Origin: an uncultured bacterium
Lineage (GTDB): Bacteria > Ratteibacteria > UBA8468 > B48-G9 > DSTR01
Reading direction: 5' to 3'
Length of the DNA stretch: 64,000 bases
Assembly (NCBI GenBank): GCA_964645405.1
Contig: CAZYCA010000034.1
Coordinates: 6,131 to 70,130 of the forward strand
In this document: one piece after another, positions 57,249 to 64,000 of the stretch
How positions within the stretch are numbered: the stretch's first letter is position 1
Layout: every line of letters begins with the position of its first letter
Notes under the pieces: model-generated
The model's input: the letters and a program-made list of their open reading frames with translations, nothing else
Databases searched by the model: none
What the model was told of the DNA's origin: nothing
Made by a program: the position numbers and the translations under genes

Positions 57249-58148
57249 CTAAATTTTGAACAGGTCCACTGTTCTTTCTACCACCCATGGTTCTCTTATC
57301 TGGAAAGGTAACTGGAAAAGATTGTTTACCCGGCCTGATTTTTCCAGGTTATGCACACATCTACGGATACAGACAGCTGCCAGCCGGTCAGGTCTCCCGG
57401 CAGGATGATAGGGATTGACTGTGGCTCCATTTTTACACTGGGAGCAAATCTGGTAATCAATTTCCGCTACCTTCATCCTTTTTCCTGCAATCTCCATTTC
57501 TTTCTCACCCTTTCTGGCACCTAACGGACAGAAAAAATCACACTTCCCGGGACCAGGACAAATACTTTCCTTTAGAAGGTCATCCGGTTCTATCACCGCA
57601 TCTGTCAGAATCATCTGCAGTCGCTGTCTGGGACCAAATTCCCTGGTAAGGAAAACTCCACAGTAACCAATCTCACCCAGACCAGCCCGCACAGCCGCAT
57701 CATCAAAATCCAGCATAACATTGGGCGCGGGATTTCCCGGCTTGACCTTCACACCCATAGGTGGAACCTCAGGTGGTAGATTCGGTAAAGGTACTGCTTC
57801 CCACCCGTTATCTTCCAGATACTCAGCTACCTGGAAAGTGGTCAATGCCAGAAATCTGTCAGCCAGCCATGCCTGACCAAAGGCAATGTAATTATGGAAA
57901 TTAGTACCCTCTTCTACCCCGCGCAGTGTCCCCCGGGTAATGCGGCGACCAATAAGAATAACAGTTTTTGTTTCCGGGAAGATAGCCCGCGGATGTTTTT
58001 CCAGGGGTAACTGGTCAAACCTTTCCACAGGAGCAAAACCAATCAAATCAGCCCCTGCCTGCCTGGCAAATTCTTCTATATTTTGTTTCTCCACTTTTCC
58101 CTCCCGATAGGTTAAAAATTTTATCTTTTCTCTTTCCCTTTTACCCAC
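57249..58148 (-). CDS. QueG/RdhA-superfamily-like Fe-S protein, paralog 2
   Basis: Same architecture: 'VRAGLGEIGYCGVFLTREFGPRQRLQMILTDAVIEPD', then 'CPGPGKCDFFCPLGA', 'CSQCKNG' and 'CIRRCVHN' Cys clusters. The N-domain 'ADLIGFAPVERF...HPRAIFPETKTVILIGRRITRG' aligns with paralog 1. Confidence 0.45.
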   Translation of the reverse strand: MGKREREKIKFLTYREGKVEKQNIEEFARQAGADLIGFAPVERFDQLPLEKHPRAIFPETKTVILIGRRITRGTLRGVEEGTNFHNYIAFGQAWLADRFLALTTFQVAEYLEDNGWEAVPLPNLPPEVPPMGVKVKPGNPAPNVMLDFDDAAVRAGLGEIGYCGVFLTREFGPRQRLQMILTDAVIEPDDLLKESICPGPGKCDFFCPLGARKGEKEMEIAGKRMKVAEIDYQICSQCKNGATVNPYHPAGRPDRLAAVCIRRCVHNLEKSGRVNNLFQLPFQIREPWVVERTVDLFKI

Positions 58149-58867
58149 AGCACACAGTTTAAAAGTAGTTTCAAACCTTCACCTGTGGGTGGCTGTTCCA
58201 TATTCCTGGGACCCAGGCCAAGGTTGGGGGCGACCAGGACAACCCGACCCTGGTTCCACTGACCAGCCACGACAGCAGCAGCCCCGGTATCTTTTCTGAT
58301 AAAGACAACCTGCCCTTTTTCTCCGGACTTAATCTCTGGCATATCAAAAAGAACCTTGATTTCCCCCTGGATACCAGAAGCTAACGGATGAGTGCCATCA
58401 AACACCTTAAGGTCCACATACCTGGTAGTCATAGGACCTACTCCCCTGGTAAAAGAATCAAGATAGCTATCACCCTGACCGCAACCGCTTCCAATTTCAG
58501 GGAAAACAGGATTCCGGGACCAGACACGTCTCCAGCCAATCGCTTCATGCAGGAGAATTATACCACCACCGTTTTCTACAAAGTGACGTAGCCTCATTCG
58601 TAACTGGCTTTCCTCCTCCTGGAAACCATAGACGCAGGGAATGATTAACACCTTTATTTTCTTCAGTGTTTCCTCATCAAGATTCTCCAGGTAACAGACC
58701 TGGTTTTCGTATCCGTTTTCTTCCAGAGCCAGTTTAATTCCTTCGTAACCCAGAATTGCTTTTTTCGGGTCAGCAGTAGGCCGAAAATAGATACCGATAT
58801 CCGGCTGGGTCTGGCTACCTGCCACCAGTGGACTTAAAAATAAAATAGAAATCAAAAAAAGTCTCAC
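58121..58867 (-). CDS. Secreted class-I glutamine-amidotransferase-like (ThuA/DJ-1-like fold) protein
   Basis: Signal peptide 'MRLFLISILFLSPLVAGSQ'. The 'KVLIIPCVYGFQEEE...FVENGGGIILLHEA' pattern is typical of ThuA-like domains. Weak assignment. Confidence 0.35.
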   Translation of the reverse strand: MRLFLISILFLSPLVAGSQTQPDIGIYFRPTADPKKAILGYEGIKLALEENGYENQVCYLENLDEETLKKIKVLIIPCVYGFQEEESQLRMRLRHFVENGGGIILLHEAIGWRRVWSRNPVFPEIGSGCGQGDSYLDSFTRGVGPMTTRYVDLKVFDGTHPLASGIQGEIKVLFDMPEIKSGEKGQVVFIRKDTGAAAVVAGQWNQGRVVLVAPNLGLGPRNMEQPPTGEGLKLLLNCVLWVKGKEKR

Positions 58868-58888
58868 CTTTTTCTTTCCTTCAGGAAC

Positions 58889-60001
58889 TCACATCGCAGA
58901 AAAAAAACTGGTAAAACGGAAACGTTCTTTACGAACCGGAAGAATTACAGTTCTGCCCGGCGGTTTACCAGTCTTATTTTTTTCTCTCAGCCTGCGGAGA
59001 AGTATTTCTGCTGCCTCCCATCCAATCTGGTGCGCGGGCTGGTGAAGAAAAGTAATGATGTATTTACCAGGAGTAAGCAGGGAAGGTCTATCAAAAGCCA
59101 TAATTCTTGGCCATTTTTTCCCGGCTGGCTGGCTGTTCAACACAGCCACCAAATCTAAGGTAGTAGATTCATTTGCCGAGACAAACCCATCCGCACCGTC
59201 GCGTGTCAGCTGGTATAACTTTTCTTTATACCCCGGCGATGATTTCTCCAGAATATATCTTTTTTTCACAGGCAGGTTATGCTCTAAAAGTACCTCTCTG
59301 TAGCCAATCAATCTTTCTGCACTGTTAGGTGAAGAAAGATGCTGACAGAGGAAAACAATTTTCCTGCAACCTTCTTGAATCAGTGCAGTAGTAGCCTGTC
59401 TGGCAGCTGAGATATTGTCTGTTTTCACCACATCAGCCCTTAACCCGGCAACAGGTCCAGATGCCAGAACAAAGGGAATTTTCTTTCCCAGTAGTAGTTG
59501 CCGGTAAGGATGGGATTTAGAATTGTAACCAGGGCAGGCCACAACTCCAGCGACCCTTCTTTCTGCAAACATCTCCAGATATGCTTTCTCTTTCTCCGGC
59601 TGACCATCGTAATTTCCAAGGATGACATGATAACCATGCCTGCGGCAATAATCTTCTACACCTCTGATAATGCCGGCATAAACAGAAACTGTGACTGAAG
59701 GAACTAAAACTCCGATTGCCTGGTTAAGCCTCCGGAGATGATAAATTTTTCTCCGGAAGTCAGAACTGGTAGTATCTGCCGGATGGGTGACAAAAGTTCC
59801 CCTTCCTGGCACCCGCAAAAGATACCCGTCAGCAGTCAGTAAATCCAGAGCCTTTCTCAGAGTTTCCCGGCTGGTTTTAAATTTAGTTGCCAGTTGCGGT
59901 TCTGGAAGAAGTCTGCTGCCAGTTTTTAACCGACCAGTTTCTATATCCTGACGCAGCTTTTTCTCAATGGATAAATAGACCGGCGTAACCCTGATAACCA
60001 T
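58889..60001 (-). CDS. AraR-type transcriptional regulator: GntR-family winged-HTH fused to a LacI/PBP-type sugar-binding domain
   Basis: The N-terminus 'IEKKLRQDIETGRLKTGSRLLPEPQLATKFKTSRETLRKALDLLTADGYLLRVPGRGTFV' is a GntR HTH. The remainder is PBP type 1-like ('IGVLVPSVTVSVYAGIIRGVEDYCRRHGYHVILGNY', 'GVVACPG'). Confidence 0.65.
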   Translation of the reverse strand: MVIRVTPVYLSIEKKLRQDIETGRLKTGSRLLPEPQLATKFKTSRETLRKALDLLTADGYLLRVPGRGTFVTHPADTTSSDFRRKIYHLRRLNQAIGVLVPSVTVSVYAGIIRGVEDYCRRHGYHVILGNYDGQPEKEKAYLEMFAERRVAGVVACPGYNSKSHPYRQLLLGKKIPFVLASGPVAGLRADVVKTDNISAARQATTALIQEGCRKIVFLCQHLSSPNSAERLIGYREVLLEHNLPVKKRYILEKSSPGYKEKLYQLTRDGADGFVSANESTTLDLVAVLNSQPAGKKWPRIMAFDRPSLLTPGKYIITFLHQPAHQIGWEAAEILLRRLREKNKTGKPPGRTVILPVRKERFRFTSFFSAM

Positions 60002-60051
60002 GCCATGAGTTTACTCCGCTGGAAGGAAATTGTCAACCAGCCGCGTGAAAA

Positions 60052-63018
60052 TTATTCTGTAATTTCTTTAAGAAGTTGCTGGAAGACGCCTCCTTCAAAA
60101 TAGACCACTACTTTCCCATCAAATTGTTGCGGTGGTAAATCAGGAAGATAAGCATTCAACCCGAAGTCAAAACTTATACTTTTTCCTGCGGCAAGAGCAG
60201 GAAAGGAAACAATGGGTTTTTTCCAGAATTCACGCAGAGAAATCCCGGTTACCATCAGTTTTCCGCAGATTGTTTTCTCCTGGGAGTTATTCGTCAGGTT
60301 GACCCGCAGAAAATACTGCTTGTTGGGACCTGTTACTACACTGGTCTTCAAAACAATAGCTGGCTTCATTCTGAGGGAAGAAATAATCTGGCTGGTTTTT
60401 TCCAGCTGCTCCTGCGGACCGATAAGGTAATTTAAACTGTTGGTAAGCAGAACTGATTCCTTATCCGGGTAGGGGTTACCCATGATATCAAGGAACTTTA
60501 CCTTTTCCGGTAAAAAAATTTTTGTTTCCAGGACCTGGTTATCTTTCGTCCAGAGAACCAGAGCAAACCGTTTTTCATCTTTCAGGAGAAAACTTTTCAA
60601 ATCTGGATGAAGTTGCAGCTCGTCCACCCCGTGAAAACCATCCAGAAGCTGGGACATAATAGCGTAACCAACCATATTAGGCTTCAGTGCTCCATCATAC
60701 TCGAAACCACATTTATATTTATCCAGCTGCCGGAAATCACCACCAGGGTAACGGGCATCGTAAAGGTTGAATCCCTGACCACCAGACCAGGCCATAGCAT
60801 AAACTGGTTCCTGAAGTATTGTTTCTGTCACTTCCTGATACCAGGGAATTTCTCTTGTCTCTATGTAATCAGGAGTTTCAATGGTCCGGTACATGGAAAC
60901 CTGCCAGCGATATTCCACATTGAGTACCGGTTTGCTGTATTTTCTGGAAAACTCCTTTAACCGCTGACCCTGTTCTTTTGTCCGGGCATAATCAGATATA
61001 CCATCAAAAAAATCAAAGGCGCCGGCTTTTTCCAGGGCAGGCAACCAGTAAGGATAATATCCCCCGTGAATGAAAATCCGGCAGTCAGGGTTAGCTTTTT
61101 TCGCTGCCAGATAAGAGGTCTTTATTAAATCAGCATATTCCTCAGGCTTCATATAATGATAAGGCTCATCCACTATAAGCCAGCTGGTAATCTTGCCCCG
61201 GTAATGCTGGACTACTTTTTCTACAAAATTAGCCCAGGCTTTCCGGGAAAAAGTGAAAGGCTTGCTGGGAATTCTCGGACCAGAACAACTGATAGCATCA
61301 TCAGCCGCAGGGTTTCTTGCCCAGGACGGGATACCATTTGCCTGGTGTCCGATGTCCAGGTTGGCAACAATATCCATATCAAGTTCTCTGGCTAACTCTA
61401 CTCTTTTATCAGTCCAGACAAATTCTCCTGGTTTTGGTTCCATACTTCTCCATATCTGGAGAAGTTCGTTGGAACAACTCAAGGTTACTGTCCGACGTAT
61501 ACCAGCCCGGCTCATAATGGCTAAAGGTTCTGGCGCCAGAGTAATGTAAGCGCCAAAGGTATGGTGCATCCTTGCTGGTGGTCTGGGCACCACAGAAAAG
61601 ACATATTCCTGGAGGGGTAGCTTTATTGGAGGAGAACTGGAAGTGATTTCGCCCCTGATTACCAGACGAAAACACCCGGTTAGACCGGTATTTAAATCAA
61701 GATTTTTCTCTGCGGTAGACCGGGCAGCAATAGCCCAGTCGGTAATGTTCTTATTCAGGACAACACGGTCAAAGTAATCAAAAACCTGATAGGAAACATT
61801 AAGTTTTGCTCCCTGGCTCTGATAATTTCTGGCTAAAATTATGAACTCCGCTGGCTGGTCCAGGTAAAACACGCGACCTATAGCCTGCCAGTGAACACCA
61901 ATTTCCACCGGAGCTGACGGAAGAAAATTATCTCTTTTTTCTGCGGAAAGGCTCAGAGCATCCAGGTATAATGTAGCTTCTTTTTTTGCTGTGGCTGAAA
62001 GAGAGAGAAAATAACCCCGGTTATCCTGAAGAGTCTTAAACTCCATCAAAACAGGCTGCCAGTTTTCTTCCACGGTTGTCTTAACCTGACTTACCGTTGC
62101 CTTTGGTTCATAAGCCTGGCTCACAGTAATGGTTAAATCAACCGGTTCACTGGCCCGGAAAAGACCCCGGAAATAATATTTCTTTTCCGGATGCAGCTTC
62201 AGAATTTTATGAAGAAGCTGGAACAAGGTAGGCAAATTCTCACTATCACCCTGAAAACGCTGGGCATAAGGAAAAAGCTTCAGTGCCAGACACCTTTCTC
62301 CTTCTGCCGGGTTTCTTTTCTCCCAGAAATCTGGAAGCAGGCTGTAGCACTGCTGATAGGAAGTGGACCAGAAGTAACTGCCAATTCCTACCTCAAAACT
62401 TCCGTTCTCCAGCCAGTTATCAGGTTCTTTCTCCCGGGGAAAAAGCGGGAAACCAGGGAAAAATTCTCCTGGCTGGTTCATTTCATTCATAATGAAGGTT
62501 AAATCAACTGTTGCTGATTCTGGATCAGACTTCACATCTTTTAACTGACTGCTCAGGTAAAGGCGGTCAATCTGAAAACGGAAGTTAAAACTTTCTGCTG
62601 CCAGCCAGATCGTCTGAAAAGGGTTGGCTGCCTTAAGGACCAGGGAAGCAGAAATTCCAGGCTTAATTTTCTTAATGGTAAGCAGGTCTGAGGTTTCACC
62701 CAGTCCCACCCTGATTTTCAGGCTCTGTCCTTCCGGAAAATCGTCCTGATTCGGACCTATCTTGACCCAGACAACATATTCACCTGCAGGTAAAAGTTGT
62801 TCCAGGGTTTTACTGAGCCTGCCGTAAGACGCTGGCTGCTGGGGAACTTTTACTTCCACAACTGCCTGGCCACTGGCTGCCGCTTCCTTTTTCACCTGAT
62901 AGTAAGGACTTTCTCTTACCATTTCTTCTGCCTCAAGAAAGCGACGGTAGAAAGCAGATTGCGCCTGGATACCATAAAGAAAAAAGAAGAAAACTGTTCC
63001 CAGCAAAAGTTTCTTCAT
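60052..63018 (-). CDS. Large secreted protein, putative clan GH-A-like (TIM-barrel) glycoside hydrolase with N-terminal beta-sandwich domains
   Basis: Signal peptide 'MKKLLLGTVFFFFLYGIQAQS'. 'SWLIVDEPYHYMKPEEYADLIKTSYLAAKKANPDCRIFIHGGY' parallels the NEP acid/base strand of clan GH-A enzymes. Tentative. Confidence 0.4.
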   Translation of the reverse strand: MKKLLLGTVFFFFLYGIQAQSAFYRRFLEAEEMVRESPYYQVKKEAAASGQAVVEVKVPQQPASYGRLSKTLEQLLPAGEYVVWVKIGPNQDDFPEGQSLKIRVGLGETSDLLTIKKIKPGISASLVLKAANPFQTIWLAAESFNFRFQIDRLYLSSQLKDVKSDPESATVDLTFIMNEMNQPGEFFPGFPLFPREKEPDNWLENGSFEVGIGSYFWSTSYQQCYSLLPDFWEKRNPAEGERCLALKLFPYAQRFQGDSENLPTLFQLLHKILKLHPEKKYYFRGLFRASEPVDLTITVSQAYEPKATVSQVKTTVEENWQPVLMEFKTLQDNRGYFLSLSATAKKEATLYLDALSLSAEKRDNFLPSAPVEIGVHWQAIGRVFYLDQPAEFIILARNYQSQGAKLNVSYQVFDYFDRVVLNKNITDWAIAARSTAEKNLDLNTGLTGCFRLVIRGEITSSSPPIKLPLQEYVFSVVPRPPARMHHTFGAYITLAPEPLAIMSRAGIRRTVTLSCSNELLQIWRSMEPKPGEFVWTDKRVELARELDMDIVANLDIGHQANGIPSWARNPAADDAISCSGPRIPSKPFTFSRKAWANFVEKVVQHYRGKITSWLIVDEPYHYMKPEEYADLIKTSYLAAKKANPDCRIFIHGGYYPYWLPALEKAGAFDFFDGISDYARTKEQGQRLKEFSRKYSKPVLNVEYRWQVSMYRTIETPDYIETREIPWYQEVTETILQEPVYAMAWSGGQGFNLYDARYPGGDFRQLDKYKCGFEYDGALKPNMVGYAIMSQLLDGFHGVDELQLHPDLKSFLLKDEKRFALVLWTKDNQVLETKIFLPEKVKFLDIMGNPYPDKESVLLTNSLNYLIGPQEQLEKTSQIISSLRMKPAIVLKTSVVTGPNKQYFLRVNLTNNSQEKTICGKLMVTGISLREFWKKPIVSFPALAAGKSISFDFGLNAYLPDLPPQQFDGKVVVYFEGGVFQQLLKEITE

Positions 63019-63030
63019 TTTTCGTCAATT

Positions 63031-63738
63031 TTAAGGTAGATACCAGAAGCGCTGGTCCTTACTTACCTTCACCGAGAGCCATTCCACATGTCCGTCGTAA
63101 AAAAGGTAGTTGTAACCGTCATTGTGGAGGGTCTGACCAGGACTCTGTCCGTAGTACTGGCTATAAACTGGTGACCAGGGTGAAAAAATTGCTGCCATAC
63201 AGTAAGGAAGACCACGACCTTCATCATCAGTGTTGCCTCTCATATTACCTTCCGTGAGAACAATAAGATAGGATTCTGCATGTTTCTTAAAAACTGTGGA
63301 GAGCCAGCCATCAGTGATACCGGGATATCTCGCATTCCAGGCATAATCCAGCCGTAAATCAAAATCTCCAGTATAAAAATTGGCATTGGAATTACCAGTT
63401 TTCGTAGGTGTATCATAACTTGTTTTCGGGTACTCCCAGCCAGGACAGATCAAAACATCAGGATTCTTCAGGTAGCCAAGAGAAATAACTGCGTTTGCCC
63501 AGGTGGGCCGCAAATCAGTTGCCTTGGAGCCAACATAAGCCCGGTAAATAAATCCTTCATTGTCCTGCCAGTACATGGAGAGAGCCAGGTAAATCTGTTT
63601 CAGGTTGCTCATACAGGTAGCCTGAAGAGCCTTGGCTCTGGCTTTGGAAAGGGCTGGCAGAAGCATAGCCGCCAGAATAGCAATAATGGCAATCACCACT
63701 AAAAGTTCAATCAGGGTAAAACCAGAAATCTTTCTCAT
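63031..63738 (-). CDS. DUF1559 protein (pseudopilin-like)
   Basis: The track ORF extends to 63837. The likely start is the Met at about 63738 ('[48 protein letters not shown]'), preceded by GGAGGTGG. C-terminal '[11 protein letters not shown]'. Confidence 0.8.
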   Translation of the reverse strand: MRKISGFTLIELLVVIAIIAILAAMLLPALSKARAKALQATCMSNLKQIYLALSMYWQDNEGFIYRAYVGSKATDLRPTWANAVISLGYLKNPDVLICPGWEYPKTSYDTPTKTGNSNANFYTGDFDLRLDYAWNARYPGITDGWLSTVFKKHAESYLIVLTEGNMRGNTDDEGRGLPYCMAAIFSPWSPVYSQYYGQSPGQTLHNDGYNYLFYDGHVEWLSVKVSKDQRFWYLP

Positions 63739-63811
63739 TTCCCACCTCCATCTATTTATCTCTCCGCGTCCCGTACCCTTACCTTCCTCATCTCCTTCAG
63801 GCGGAGATTTA

Positions 63812-64000
63812 TTTATACCAGCAGGTACCAGTAACACTGGTATCTTCTAACCTGGTCAACTCTGCATGACCATCAAGAAAACCCATCATGCATCTATCCT
63901 GATGGATAGGCCAGGGCAGGTAATTACTGCCAGTAATAGTTTTGGCTGTGGTGGTACTGGTGCAGGCATTAACCCAGGGCCATGGTTCATTCAGCTTGCG
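63812..64000 (-). CDS. DUF1559 protein, C-terminal fragment (gene begins beyond the window end)
   Basis: Reverse-complement of the last roughly 190 nt translates without a stop to '...[53 protein letters not shown]', containing the H-X9-DG-like 'GFLDGHAE' block. Confidence 0.5.

Noticed and set aside
1-64000. CRISPR arrays, rRNA/tRNA genes, integrase or transposase genes
   Set aside because: Scanning at several scales found none. There are no regularly spaced direct repeats, no tRNA-like GC-rich structured segments, and no protein with tyrosine/serine recombinase or DDE signatures.

Overview
The window looks like an accessory carbohydrate-degradation region from a member of the PVC superphylum (Planctomycetota, Verrucomicrobiota, Lentisphaerota or Kiritimatiellota). 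Evidence for the taxon: four DUF1559-type prepilin-like genes (N-terminal '[21 protein letters not shown]' and C-terminal 'H-X9-DG'-like 'DGH/DGS' motifs), a formylglycine-type sulfatase, many large secreted glycoside-hydrolase-like proteins, Gfo/Idh/MocA and FAD oxidoreductases, and roughly 45% GC by eye. No rRNA, tRNA or CRISPR array was seen. Nearly all of the sequence is coding. The main contents are: (1) an approximately 18 kb minus-strand operon-like block (1-18044) with GH35, GH2, a sulfatase, a beta-helix protein, a URO-D-like protein and two copies of a large uncharacterised secreted family carrying an N-terminal CBM9-like domain; (2) a plus-strand block (18114-25765) with a third copy of that family, a melibiase-like enzyme, an FAD oxidoreductase and an M42 peptidase; (3) two inverted DUF4838-like paralogs flanking a dockerin-bearing surface protein and a DUF1559-led operon; (4) an AT-rich roughly 2.8 kb inserted island (about 41150-43930) encoding a type II restriction-modification pair (an HNH-type endonuclease plus a beta-class DPPY N6A/N4C methyltransferase) that appears to have truncated a LamG-domain gene; (5) a DUF1559-led operon of two giant secreted proteins that share a novel C-terminal domain; (6) a housekeeping-like stretch (MarC, alpha/beta hydrolase, Cof HAD) and an unusual operon of two tandem QueG/RdhA-like Fe-S paralogs with an FAD-linked oxidase; (7) an AraR-type regulator and a second DUF1559 tandem upstream of a 988-aa hydrolase-like protein. 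Every family assignment comes from motifs read by eye in the supplied translations. None has been confirmed by a database search.
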